In this document: positions 50,405 through 63,236 of the stretch, in pieces
How the letters are laid out: each line of letters opens with the position of its first letter
Numbering within the stretch: the first letter of the stretch is position 1
Assembly: GCA_950097015.1 (NCBI GenBank)
Contig: CATNEN010000038.1
Span: 18,538,001 to 18,602,000 of the forward strand
DNA length: 64,000 nt
Reading direction: 5' to 3'
From: Macrostomum hystrix
Lineage: Eukaryota > Animalia > Platyhelminthes
Program-made: the position numbers and the translations under genes
Notes under the pieces: model-generated
What the model saw: only the letters and a program-made list of their open reading frames with translations
Told to the model about the DNA's origin: nothing
Databases searched by the model: none

Positions 50405-50710
50405 ATATTTGCAGGAGCGCTGCGGCACTGGCACATCATTTGGTGACACTAGGCCAGCGAGGAGGCAATTCTGCCCATTTCGCTGACTCCTGAGCATACA
50501 CGCGCACAGATACCGGACGCAGGCACACGCTCACACAGTGTGTGTACATCTGCCCTGACTTTCTCATCGTCAGGCAGTGTACACTTCACTGTGCCTTGGA
50601 GGTTGGCCCTCAAGGGCGTAAATTGCACGACTCTAAGTTCCGCGGAATCGAACTTAGTATTGACCTTGGCGCGAGAGGCAAACGCGTTAAACCGCTCTGC
50701 CACTCACCCC
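50405..50710 (-). mobile_element. SINE-B abutting the predicted mucin stop codon
   Basis: GGGGTGAGTGGCAGAGCGG head at 50710, hairpin core present. Confidence 0.82.
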
Positions 50711-50711
50711 G

Positions 50712-53700
50712 TTAGATACTCTCAAAAAGTAAGGCAATAAGATTCTGTACCAGCCACCAGCGTTTCTGTGACTGCTCAGCCTCCCACTGCGTCTCTCCTA
50801 GACCTCCTGGCACCACAACGAAACTTACATAATCCACGGCGAATCGCTCAGCGTAGGCTCGGGGCAGGCTGACCGGATAGCCGGCTGGCTCAGTCACCGG
50901 AGTGTGCACATCCGTGACGGCTGCGGCTCGGCTGCGACTCGTTGCAGCGCCGCCATCACCGCCGCCGCTGCGCCAGCTAGATTCGCGTTGCACGCTGACC
51001 GACGCAGCGCCAGTGGCTGCTGGCATCGAGCGTCGACTCGGCGGCGCCGAAGTGTCCGGCTGGCCGCGGATGAATACTGAAGAGGCGGCGCCGCTTTCCG
51101 GATGGGTCTGAAATGCGGAAAATAATTTACAATTTATAAAAAAACTAATTAATCAATAGTTAATTGTGCAATTTTTCTAATAATGCAATAAAGTATTCTA
51201 ACAAAAGCAGACCTGATGTCCGCGTCCACCATAGGCTGAGGAGCGATCAGATCTAATCGACTCCGTGACGGCTCGCCACTTCGCCACCTCGTTTAGCATG
51301 TACGCGTCGCCCTCCAGCGTGGTGACGCGCTGTGCCCGCTTCGCCCTATCAGCGCGTCGACGCAGAACAATGTACAAAATCAGTGCGACCGACGCCAGGA
51401 CAAACAGAACGCAGCAGGCCACAATGAGACCGATGATTGCTGGTGACAGCTGCTGCTGTGAACAGTCCAATCCCGTGTACCCAGGGCTGCATTGGCACTG
51501 GGCCGTACTGCCCGTAGTTTGAACGCAGACCCGGTTGGTGCCCGGGCAGGTGTTGCTTGAGCACAGCTGAGTACAAACGGTGCCAGGCTGGACAGGGTTA
51601 GAATCCGCAAAGCCGGAATTGCAGGTGCACGAGTAGGTGCCTGTGCCGGAGTTTTGGCAGGTGCCGTGGGCAGAGCAAAGGCTGCCGCCACCGCTGCTTG
51701 TACACGGGTTGGCGTCTAGTAAATAGCAAACATTGATAGTTGCTAGGTTAGACTTTGTAATTGATGTTTGTGAAATTATAATGATAATAATTGCAGAAGG
51801 GCTGCGGGCGATGGCACGTCATTTGGTGACACTAGACACGCAGCCATTCTGCCCATTTCACTGACTCCTGAGCACACGCGTACACAAATACCGTACGCAG
51901 GCACGCATGCACAGATGTGTGTACATCTGTCCTGACTTTCCAACCGTCAGGAAGTTTACACTCTCACTGTGCCTTTGAGGTTGGCCCTCAAGGGCGTTAT
52001 TTGCAAAACAAACCCCCAAGCCTTCTCTTCGCTGCTGCGCCTCAAATGAATGTGGCCTCGCCGCGGAATCGAGCTCAGGTACCTTGGTGCGAGAGGCAAA
52101 CGCGTTAGACCCCCTGATATTTGTAGCGCACGAGTGATTTATTTAAAATCAGGCTTACAGTCAACAGTAGGACTCGATCCGAATGTAGCATTGATGGCCG
52201 TCATGCCCTCGGCCAAGGCTGCCATCACTTCACTAAGGCTTGGCGGCGATGTCGTATTGGGCGGAAAAGTGATAGTCAAGTCCAAGTCAGCCAGCAAGGA
52301 GCCCTTTCGATATCCAAATGGATTACATTTGTAGGAGGCCAGTGCAAAGGTGGGCCTGCTCGATCTCTGTAGGGCTTGCGTGGTCTGCGGAGAAATTTGT
52401 TTTTAATGCGTGGTTTGCTTTGATTAGCATCTACATGCGAAATGCTCAGGATGATTTACAGCACGTCGCAAAAATCTAGACATGAGCTCACCCCGGTACA
52501 TAGTCTTTCGCCTAGGCGTTGACGAGCAGGGTTGTTGACGTCACCATAGACAGTTGCGTCATACTCAAGTGGCGAACCGGACTCGTCGTTCGCCGTTAAT
52601 ACGACTCGATACATTCGGACGACTAAATGTGGTGAGGATGCATTAATTTTAGAAATAGAAAATAAAATTAATTTCAGAACACACAAAACGAGAATGTTCA
52701 GCCAGTGCCCAATAACTCACAGAGTTCACAAAGCGAGCCGCCAAAACCACTACGACAGGCACACTTTGCTTCGTTGTTAACAACGAAGCAGTTGCCCATG
52801 TTCTTGCACGAAACCCCAGAGCATGAACTGGGTAGAGTTGTAGTAGATGGAGAATTACTAGTAGCTGCTGTAGTAGCACTAGGAACTGCAGTTGTACCAC
52901 CAGGAGCTACAGTTGTTCCACCAGGAGCAGCAGTTGTACCACCAGGAGCTGCAGTTGTACCAGCAGGAGCTGCAGTTGTACCGCCTGGAGCTTCAGTTGT
53001 ACCACCAAGAGCAGCTGTTGAGGCGCCTGGAGCAGCAGTTGAGGCACCAGGAGCAGCAGTTGTACCACCAGGAGCAGCAGTTGAGGCACCAGGAGCTGCA
53101 GTTGTACCGCCAGGAGCAGCAGTTGTACCACCTGGAGCAGCAGTGGTACCACCAGGAGCTGCAGTTGAGGCACCAGGAGCTGCAGTTGTACCGCCAGGAG
53201 CAGCAGTTGTACCACCTGGAGCAGCAGTGGTACCACCAGGAGCTGCAGTTGAGGCGCCAGGAGCTGCAGTTGTACCACCAGGAGCTGCAGTTGTACCACC
53301 AGGAGCTGCAGTTGAGGCGCCAGGAGCTGCAGTTGAGGCGCCAGGAGCTGCAGTTGTACCACCAGCAGCTGCAGTTGTACCACCAGGAGCTGCAGTTGAG
53401 GCGCCTGGAGCAGCAGTTGTACCACCGGGAGCAGCAGTTGTACCACCAGGAGCAGCAGTTGTACCGCCAGGAGCAGCAGTTGAGGCACCAGGAGCTGCAG
53501 TTGTACCACCAGGAGCTGCAGTTGTACCACCTGAAGCAGCAGTGGTACCACCAGGAGCTGCAGTGGAGGCGCCAGGAGCTGCAGTTGTACCACCAGCAGC
53601 TGCAGTTGTACCACCAGGAGCTGCAGTTGAGGCGCCAGGAGCAGCAGTTGTACCACCAGGAGCTGCAGTTGAGGCGCCAGGAGCTGCAGTTGAGGCGCCA

Positions 53701-56700
53701 GGAGCTGCAGTTGTACCACCAATAGCTGCAGTTGTACCACCAGGAGCTGCAGTTGAGGTGCCAGGAGCAGCAGTTATACCACTAGGAGCAGCAGTTGTAC
53801 CACCAGGAGCAGCAGTTGTACCACCAGGAGCTGCAGTTGTACCACCAGGAACAGCAGTTGTATCACCAGGAGCAGCAGTGGTACTACCAGGAGCTGCAGT
53901 TGAGGCGCCTGGAGCTGCAGTTGTACCACTTGGAACTGGAGTTGTACCACCAGGAACAGCAGTTGTAACACCAGGAGCAGCAGTTGTAACACCAGGAGCT
54001 GCAGTTGTAACACCAGGAGCTGCAGTTGAGGCGCCTGGAGCAGCAGTTGTACCAACAGGGGCTGCAGTTGTAACACCAGGAGCTGCAGTTGAGGCACCAA
54101 GAGCAGCAGTTGAGGCACCAGGAGCAGCAGTTGTTCCACTAGTTGCGGTGTTGGTCATCGCACTTGTACCAACGGCGGGAGTAGTTGCTCCAGCAGCAGT
54201 AGTAGTTGCTCCAGCAGCAGTGGTAGTTGCTCCAGCAGCTACGGTAGTTGCTCCAGCAGCAGTGGTACTTGCTCCAGCAGCAGCGCTGGTTGCTTCAGCA
54301 GCAGTGGTACTTGCTCCAGCAGCAGTGGTACTTGCTCCAGCAGCAGTAGTAGTTGCTTCAGCAGCAGTGGTAGTTGCTCCAGCAGCTACGGTAGTTGCTC
54401 CAGCAGCAGTGTTAGTTGCTCCAGCAGCAGTGGATGATGCTCCAGCAGCTGCGCTGGTTGCTCCAGCAGCAGTGGTAGTTGCTCCAGCAGCAGTGGGAGT
54501 TGCTCCAGCAGCAGCGCCGGTTGCTCCAGCAGCAGTGGTAGTTGCTCCAGCATCATTGGTACTTGCTCTAGCAGCAGCGCTGGTTGCTTCAGCAGCAGTG
54601 GTACTTGCTCCAGCAGCAGTGGTACTTGCTCCAGCAGCAGTAGTAGTTGCTTCATCAGCAGTGGTAGTTGCTCCAGCAGCAGTAGTAGTTGCTTCAGCAG
54701 CAGTGGTAGTTGCTCCAGCAGCTACAGTAGTTGCTCCAGCAGCAGTGGATGATGCTCCAGCAGCAGTGGTAGTTGCTCCAGCAGCAGTGGTAGTTGCTCC
54801 AGCAGCTACAGTAGTTGCTCCAGCAGCAGTGGATGATGCTCCAGCAGCAGTGGTAGTTGCTCCAGCAGCAGTAGTAGTTGCTTCAGCAGCAGTGGTAGTT
54901 GCTCCAGCAGCAGTTGTAGTTTCTTCAGCAGCAGTGGTAGTTGCTCCAGCAGCTACGGTAGTTGCTCCAGCAGCAGTGGATGATGCTCCAGCAGCAGTGG
55001 TAGTTGCTCCAGCAGCTACAGTAGTTGCTCCAGCAGCAGTGGATGATGCTCCAGCAGCAGTAGTAGTTGCTCCAGCAGCAGTGGTAGTTGCTCCAGCAGC
55101 TACAGTAGTTGCTCCAGCAGCAGTGGTAGTTGCTCCAGCAGCAGTGGTACTTGCTCCAGCAGCAGTGGTACTTGCTCCAGCAGCAGTAGTAGTTGCTTCA
55201 GCAGCAGTGGTAGTTGCTCCAGCAGCTACGGTAGTTGCTCCAGCAGCAGTGGATGATGCTCCAGCAGCAGTGGTAGTTGCTCCAGCAGCTACAGTAGTTG
55301 CTCCAGCAGCAGTGGATGATGCTCCAGCAGCAGTAGTAGTTGCTCCAGCAGCAGTGGTAGTTGCTCCAGCAGCTACAGTAGTTGCTCCAGCAGCAGTGGT
55401 AGTTGCTCCAGCAGCAGTGGTACTTGCTCCAGCAGCAGTGGTACTTGCTCCAGCAGCAGTAGTAGTTGCTTCAGCAGCAGTGGTAGATGCTCCAGCAGCA
55501 GTGTTAGTTGCTCCAGCAGCAGTGGATGATGCTCCAGCAGCTGCGCTGGTTGCTCCAGCAGCTGCGCTGGTTGCTCCAGCAGCAGTGGTAGTTGCTCCAG
55601 AAGCAGTGGTAGTTGCTCCAGCAGCAGCGCCGGTTGCTCCAGCAGCAGTGGTAGTTGCTCCAGCATCATTGGTACTTGCTCCAGCAGCAGCGCTGGTTGC
55701 TTCAGCAGCAGTGGTACTTGCTCCAGCAGCAGTGGTACTTGCTCCAGCAGCAGTAGTAGTTGCTTCATCAGCAGTGGTAGTTGCTCCAGCAGCAGTAGTA
55801 GTTGCTTCAGCAGCAGTGGTAGTTGCTCCAGCAGCTACAGTAGTTGCTCCAGCAGCAGTGGATGATGCTCCAGCAGCAGTGGTAGTTGCTCCAGCAGCAG
55901 TAGTAGTTGCTTCAGCAGCAGTGGTAGTTGCTCCAGCAGCAGTTGTAGTTTCTTCAGCAGCAGTGGTAGTTGCTCCAGCAGCTATGGTAGTTGCTCCAGC
56001 AGCAGCGCTGGTTGCTTCAGCAGCAGTGGTACTTGCTCCAGCAGCAGTGGTAGTTGCTCCAGCAGCAGTAGTAGTTGCTTCAGCAGCAGTGGTAGTTGCT
56101 CCAGCAGCAGTTGTAGTTTCTTCAGCAGCAGTGGTAGTTGCTCCAGCAGCTACGGTAGTTGCTCCAGCAGCAGTGGATGATGCTCCAGCAGCAGTGGTAG
56201 TTGCTCCAGCAGCTACAGTAGTTGCTCCAGCAGCAGTGGATGATGCTCCAGCAGCAGTGGTAGTTGCTCCAGCAGCTACAGTAGTTGCTCCAGCAGCAGT
56301 GGATGATGCTCCTGCAGCAGTGGTAGTTGCTCCAGCAGCTACAGTAGTTGCTCCAGCAGCAGTGGATGATGCTCCAGCAGCAGTGGTAGTTGCTCCAGCA
56401 GCAGTAGTAGTTGCTCCAGCAGCAGTGGTACTTGCTCCAGCAGCAGTAGTAGTTGCTTCAGCAGCAGTGGTAGTTGCTCCAGCAGCTACAGTAGTTGCTC
56501 CAGCAGCAGTGGATGATGCTCCAGCAGCAGTAGTAGTTGCTTCAGCAGCAGTGGTAGTTGCTCCAGCAGCAGTGGATGATGCTCCAGCAGCAGTGGTAGT
56601 TGCTCCAGCAGCTACAGTAGTTGCTCCAGCAGCAGTGGATGATGCTCCAGCAGCAGTGGTAGTTGCTACAGCAGCATATGCTGTCGTAGCTTGTACGGCT

Positions 56701-56855
56701 GTTGTGCTTGCATGTACTTGCGATGTTAAAACTTAAATTTAATAAGTTTTTTTAATGCTTTAGCTAAAAATGCAATTGGTTAATGGTATATAATACGCGC
56801 ATTTGACTGACTTACCAAGCAAGCCTAAGATCAGTAGAACGCCGATCCGTCTCAT
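50712..56855 (-). CDS. Large transmembrane mucin (SP - PTS repeats - EGF - SEA - EGF - EGF - TM; MUC13-like architecture); exons ~56816-56855, 52721-56731, 52491-52623, 52159-52384, 51213-51716, 50712-51107
   Basis: Signal MRRIGVLLILGLLVLTSQVHA; ~1300 aa of 7-aa repeats (GATTTAA, then PGGTTAA); EGF CSGVSCKNMGNC..CACRSGFGGSLCE; SEA-like FGYRKGSLLAD; two further EGFs; TM AIIGLIVACCVLFVLASVALILYIVL. Last exon end less certain. Confidence 0.88.
51785..52110 (-). mobile_element. SINE-B in a mucin intron
   Basis: Family core and tail; 5' end clipped. Confidence 0.8.
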
Positions 56856-59504
56856 TCTTGTATTTCTTGTTTTAACTTTTAAAGAGAAAACTCGACGGCT
56901 TTTTAATTTCGAGTGTGGCCCTTTAAGTTTCAACGAAGCCTATTTTCGAAGTGAATTTTAAAAACTTTTGGTCGTCGCCCATTCATATATATAGATAAAT
57001 TTGTGTTTCCAGAAATAGAAACCAAAGACAGGCTTCAAGTGGCGCTCATTTTTCTCTGGCCAAGCATTTTGACATCAATGCTTGGCTTGTATCTGAGCCC
57101 GCAATTTTTTTTATTCGGCAACCAAAAATGGCTTTGCTAGGCAGCACAATTACTGCCATCGCATTCATTCTTTAACTCATTCAATTGTAGGTCATAGCAG
57201 GGTGGATGCGAGATGGCGCCTATTGACGCAATGTATCTTGGGGCTATTTTATAAGCTGTTTTAAAATCTGCAGTTTTTGGTCAACAGTCAACAGAATATG
57301 GAACACACCGAAGAGGTTGGGGTCGAAAAGCAGAGACTATGAGGCGTGCGCGCCACAACCTATTGTCCCATTGTGTGATGAGCTTCGCCTTCAAAGCTAC
57401 CTGTCACCCAGTATAGAGCTGAACAACAAAAGCCTCGATCCCGAACAGGGCCACCTCCTCCCACACCTACACAAACAACGCTGCGAGGGTTTCCCTCACT
57501 CCGCTGCTGCTTATTTTGCATTGGCTGATGCGAATAGCAATGAAACGAATGACCCATTATTTGCTGGAATGCGACGGGTCAAGTCAGAAATAAACCAGCC
57601 CCAGTCAGTATCACCTATTCCAGCTTTATTGTTCAAGAGCTACCTGTAAGATTGCTTTAATTATCATTTTTAACTTCCAGTTTCATTCAAACTAGCAATG
57701 ACCTAAAATAAGGCAACTACGAGCGTACTCTTATTTTAGATTGATAAAAATTTTACTTCTTTTTCGAACCAAAATGAATTCGCCAATCAAGTTTATACAG
57801 AACCATGTTAGTTGTCCTTGTCACCAGGGACTTCGACAATATCTCGCTGATGCTGACTCGTACGGGTTTAAAAGTTAGTTCGTCGTTAGGGCGGAAAATT
57901 TTGATTCCGTTGGTTGACTTTCACGAAAAATATGATAGACACTACTTGAAGTAGAAATTGATAATAGAACACGAAGATGAAGCAGTTCCACTCAAAGCTT
58001 ATTGACTTGGCAAGTCGTTCTAATGAGCATTTACAAGTAGAGAAATGGACCATTAGGAGCCATCGGTCTATGGTCAATGGTCCATTGTCCAGGCCAGCAT
58101 CAAGGACAACAGTAGCAAGCTGGTCACCAATTTTCACTACGAGCGTATATTTAACATCTAATTTATTTGTCTATGTGAGCAATATTTGCACATTGTATTG
58201 TTAGAAACTTTTTAATCAACACTTTGCCCTTAATTAAAATAGACTAAAATTTTCTTTCCTTTCTTTTTCAGTTAACATTTAGAAGCAAGGACTACGTAAG
58301 AAGATATATAAGAAGCAGAATAGCAGAATTTTGAATAGTTGTAAATAGTTTATTGGAAATTCGGGTACATATCGGAGTGCACTCGATCATTATTTTGTCT
58401 AAGTGGTGGTCCCGCTTCACGAATGCAACTCGGTTTTTTGGTGGAAGACTTCATTAGCAATTGAGATAGGTACACAAGTAGCATTTTCCTAACGATCTCA
58501 CAAGTCAGTCATTATTACGCTTGTTAAAAGCGAAGCGATCTTTGCAGAGCTTTAAGTTACAGTGCATGCATTACCACTGTAGTATAGCACGACCATATAG
58601 TTAATCATGCTTGCACATAAATGCAAGGACTTTGGTGTGATGTCAATCACATAAACCATAGGTTCTCCATTTCTATCTGAACAGCTTCGAGTCTACTATT
58701 CTCCATTCTCTTGATTGCATGTCGCTCCCACCAAGTCCTAGCTCCTAGCTCAATACAGTAGCATCAAGTGACCTAAAGGAGAATGTGCGACGCATGCACT
58801 ACTGGGTCCATGCGACTTTCAAATCTTCACTTTCAAAGTCACGAGTACCGGGATGAAGGATCTTTAAGATGTCCTGCAAATCATCTAACAATGTCTAGAT
58901 TTTCCGGGGGCCAGGCCCAATCTAGCTTTCAGGTTCACAATCTCATCTGTGAAGCTCTACTGTCTCTTTCCTCAATCTCTTCACATTTAACTCTCATAGG
59001 CCCACGTAAATGCAGTAGTGCGTCCATTTCTTAGCTCCCATCTCTCTCCCATGCTTTCTCATTTTTCTCTCCCTCTGGCGACCCATTACGTCTAATGAGT
59101 GGATCCAAGTGCAAACAGCTCGATGCTGTGTAGGCCTTCGAACTCGACAGACATTCCTCTTCTCTCTCCCGAGCCCACCCACTCTTGATTTCTCCCATCC
59201 TAGCTATTGACGGCACTGAGGACGCATTGTAAGGTGCCAACGACTCAGCAGCTATAACTGCAGCTGCTATACGCTATGTAGACTTCTTTGTTTGACCAAA
59301 GTACTTTTAAAACTATTTACTACAAACCAAGTTTTATCATTACAATTAGCAGTCTTGTTTGTGATGACAAGAATTGTTACATACGTGCACACAAAAGGGG
59401 GTAGTTCGGGTAGCATCCATTTCAAAAGCGTGAAAATGTTTACAATTTTGGGAGCACAAAAGGCTGCCTATTGCCAGTTGCTAGGATTTCCAAATGTGGA
59501 GCAA

Positions 59505-60018
59505 TGCTTGAACCATTACTTGGTAAGAACACTTGAAGCAATACTTGGTAAGAATGCTTGAACCAATACTTGGTAACAACGCTTGAACCAATACTTAGTA
59601 ACAACGCTTGAACGCTTGAACCAATACTTGGTAACAACGCTTGAACGCTTGAACCAATACTTGGTAACAACGCTTGAACGCTTGAACCAATACTTGGTAA
59701 CAACGCTTTGACCAATACTTGGTAACAACGCTTGAACGCTTGAACCAATACTTGGTAACAGCGCTTGAACCAATACTTGGTAACAACGCTTGAACCAATA
59801 CTTGGTAACAACGCTTGAACCAATACTTGGTAAGAACGCTCGAACCAATACTTGGTAATAACACTTGAACCAATACTTGGTAATAACACTTGAACCAATT
59901 CTTGGTAATAACACTTGAACCAATACTTGGTAAGAACGCTTGAACCAATACTTGGTAATAACACTTGAACCAATACTTGGTAAGAACGCTTGAACCAATA
60001 CTTGGTAACAACGTTTGA
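59505..60018. repeat. ~25-bp minisatellite (AACGCTTGAACCAATACTTGGTAAC)
   Basis: About 20 copies with variants. Confidence 0.95.
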
Positions 60019-60205
60019 ATGCCGGAACCAATGTTTGTTTAAAAAGCAAGCTTGCTACAATGCCAACAATTGCTAAGAAATGGTCAGTTTACCTTTTAAG
60101 AGAAAGTGGATTTTTATAGCTCACACTTTAATTCGGCACTTAGGACACTCTCAATTTTCATTTGTGCGTAAGAAATGCACGAAAAGATACTAAGCTGGAT
60201 ATAAA

Positions 60206-60726
60206 GGGGGTGAGTGGGTCAGTGGCTAATGTCGCTGCCTCACTTCCCAATGGTCGCTGGTTCGTTCCTCCATCCAAGTCACGATTATTTCGGGGCTTAG
60301 TTGGAGGTTTGCGAACTAGTGACTTGCGGAGATGCACCTTATTATGTACAACCAAAGCTAATTTAAAATAGCTTAACCCCTGCCTTCTGCATGCCTGCTT
60401 GTTTGTGTTTGTGTTTGTGCGTTGGGCCGGATGTGAGGCGTTGTATGGGGGTGGGGCGGGTGTGCACCAGCCATTCGAGCTCTGAGCGGCGAGGTTTCAC
60501 CAGCCGTCTGCGCGCGTGGCTTGGTCCTCTCGTCCCTACCCTCCAGGCATCTAAGTCCTCCCCTGGTTTGGTCAGCTCTGTGCGTGTGCGGGCCTGTGCG
60601 AGGTGCCTGTTTCCAGGGGTCCAGATGGCGCGATGGGCGACTCCCGCCTAGTTCGCCGGCCTGGGGGCATGCCGTTCCTGCGCTTGTGCGTCAAGTGCCC
60701 CAGGCCCCCTGCAATAAGTAAGAAAT
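60206..60726 (+). mobile_element. SINE family A, second copy
   Basis: Near-identical to 13809-14319; perfect 13-bp TSD AGCTGGATATAAA at 60193-60205 and 60727-60739. Confidence 0.9.
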
Positions 60727-61699
60727 AGCTGGATATAAACTCAGTAGTTAAGATAAAAAGCAGTGTACAGTTTTCTAACTTCCTGCGCGGTGAGAAGACA
60801 CAATTCAGCTAATATCACCATTCAGCTAAAGGCATCGGCAACATTATACTCGCACAAATTTTCTGATGGGAAATTTCTTTGCTGGGATTCGATAATGCTA
60901 TTAGTTCTCTTCCGCTGGAGCCCCTGCCCTGCGTCTCTGTCTATCAAGGCAGCTTGTCTGCGCACATCAGCGACATGGTAGATAGAAGGGGAAGTGTGTG
61001 GCGGCCTCATTAAATCAGCGACAAACAGCTGAGCAGCTGAGTCCACATACGATTGAGTCCGTTCGTTCTTCGACATCTCGTCACTCTCTCGCGCTCCCAG
61101 TCTTTCCCTGCGGCCACTTATTCTCTCTTTTTGTGAGACTAATTAACGTGATTTGCATTTTTATGCGGGCCATCCTTTACTAAAGTATGGAAACATGCAG
61201 ATGATTGAGCTCATACTCTCACTACACCATGTATATGTTATATATACATAAATCAAGAGCTGTGCACATATGTGAGCAGTGCATTAAAGTGTGATGATTC
61301 AGCTTAAGTACTTTAGTTTAACATGCTTATTATAAACTAGCGTTTATGCCTGTGTACAGAATATTACCAGATATTTTAAAGAGAGAAATTAAAAATTTTA
61401 CGAGTACTAAAGAAGACAGACACGAAATTGTGTCTCATTGTGCGCTAGACACTCGATTCGCCAATATATATATTATTTTGAACGCTCAAACTCGAAAGAA
61501 AAACTTTTGTACAGAAAAATTACAATTTTAAGGACGCATTGTATTTATTGAGAAGCAGTGCACGGGGATGTGATTTTCAACGAAATCCAGAATCAAAAGG
61601 GAAAATTGACTAATTAACAAAACAGGTGTAGCGCCATAAATACAACTAACTACCTTGTCGGACAGTCATAACTTTTATGAAGTTTCAAGGTGTAAGTCT

Positions 61700-61810
61700 C
61701 CGAGCGGCCTCTCGCATTGAGATCCCTGAGCTTGAGTCCGCGGCGAGGCCACATTTGTTTCGGACGCCATCGTGGCGAGTCGTGCGATCTACGAGGGCCT
61801 GCAACCCGCA
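61700..61810 (+). mobile_element. SINE-B 5' fragment, degenerate
   Basis: CCTCTCGCATTGAGATCCCTGAGCTTGAGTCCGCGGCGAGGCCACATT. Confidence 0.6.
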
Positions 61811-61985
61811 TGGAATGGGGGCCGAGAGCTAGTTGTCTACGTTTTAGTGCTTACTGTAGATTGAATTACTGAAGGCTCAGACTAACAAATCTCTAAGATT
61901 TAGTATAGTACGATTATCATTTATTGATTCTTGAATAATTGCTTTGTCTCACCTGCCTATGGAACAGCTCGGAACACTCATGCTG

Positions 61986-62114
61986 CTACCACCAAGATTT
62001 AAAGACGTCTCCCATAGCCAGGATGATGAATATGGTGATGGCCATCGCCAAGCAGGTGATGATGGCAATGAAGATTTGAAATTTGGTCTCGCAGCAGCAC
62101 TTCACCCAGGCCAT
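61986..62114 (-). CDS. Candidate 42-aa single-pass membrane microprotein MAWVKCCCETKFQIFIAIITCLAMAITIFIILAMGDVFKSWW
   Basis: Below the ORF-track cutoff. ATCATGG start, in-frame upstream stop, exon-like codon usage, one ~23-aa hydrophobic helix. Flanked by a candidate acceptor TTTTGTCAG (~62154) and donor CAG|GTGAGA (61953). Confidence 0.6.
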   Translation of the reverse strand: MAWVKCCCETKFQIFIAIITCLAMAITIFIILAMGDVFKSWW

Positions 62115-62779
62115 GATGATGATCGATCACAGGCGGCCCCAGCTGAGGCATTGCTGACAAAATTCGCACCTTCCAATCAATCCAGTCCTTTTGTTCCAAT
62201 CGTCGAGGTTCTGTCACCATTAGACACTCCAGCCAATCAGATGAAGTCCATTCTGTCTCTTAGGGCTCGAAATGCACGGAGTTGACACTATACAGCATAG
62301 TACTACTTGTAGTATACTCTTCATCGATTGCACTGCGAAGATAGCTACTAGCTATTGACAAAAGGGAGGATGTGAGAACAGCAGATGGGAATCATAAAGC
62401 AACCAGTCTTTCCTCCCCCTCTATAGCGACGGGAAATCAAAGATTTCATCCACTAAGTCTATATAATGTAGGAAGACAAGAATATTGTCCGTCGTTGCGC
62501 CCCATTCATTGATCCGGAAATATGACCAGGACTTCACAAGCGTCATCTGTGAGATCCAGTGCTCAACACAAAGAGCAGCACCCCTGTAGCTGCTTCTTTT
62601 CAACTGGCTGTCGCATTTTCGCAAACTGACGTTTCGCCAATAACCTGTGTCTTGATATTATAACGAGAGCCGCCTTTGAAGCATTTGTACTGAGTATGGG
62701 ACCACATTTTAGTGCATTAAGTCTAATCCATATGATTCATCACTTTAATAAATTGGATTTTTGTAAGGCTACGTATTGG

Positions 62780-63236
62780 GGCCCTATAATCCATTGTGAC
62801 GTCCCTATAATCCATTGTGACGTCCCTATAATCCATTGTGACGCCCCTATAATCCATTGTAACGTCCCTATGTCCCTATAATCCATTGTGACACACTTAA
62901 GATCCATTGTGACACACTTAAGATCCATTGTGACACACTTAAGATCCATTATGACGTCCCTATAATCTATTGTGACGTCAAAAATACCCCTAAAATACAC
63001 TGTGACTCCTACACAACCCATTGTGATGCCACACAATCCATTGTTACGTCCCTATAATCGATTGTGACGCCCCTATAATCCATTGTGACGCCTACACAAC
63101 CCATTGTGACGCCTACACAACCCATTGTGACGCCTACACAACCCATTGTGACGCCTACACAACCCATTGTGATGCCCCACAATCCATTGTGACGTCCCTA
63201 TAATCCATTGTGACGCCCCTATAATCCATTGTGACT
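62780..63236. repeat. 21-bp minisatellite (CCCTATAATCCATTGTGACG and variants)
   Basis: About 21 copies, starting ~17 nt after a minus-strand donor-like CCT|GTGAGA at 63253. Confidence 0.92.

Noticed and set aside
50450-50490. GCCTCCTCGCTGGC in SINE-B matches the HDV ribozyme P3/L3 sequence
   Set aside because: I could not build P1, P2, P4 or the catalytic J4/2 strand. The segment is explained by a simple hairpin GTCAGCGA...TCGCTGGC.
50534-50593. CACAGTG...CACTGTG resembling RSS heptamers or Transib ends
   Set aside because: Present as a pair in only this SINE-B copy; it is an extension of the hairpin stem, with no nonamer or TSD.
52705-56736. 1343-aa Ala/Val/Pro ORF on the + strand, and overlapping Q/L-rich ORFs
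   Set aside because: Antisense or off-frame shadows of the mucin repeat exon. The minus strand has the signal peptide, splice sites and EGF/SEA/TM domains.
60822-61076. 84-aa minus-strand ORF
   Set aside because: No recognisable motif; may be UTR of the microprotein transcript.
61999-62220. His-rich 73-aa ORF
   Set aside because: Most simply the shifted frame of the ATC (Ile) codons of the TM microprotein; not fully excluded.
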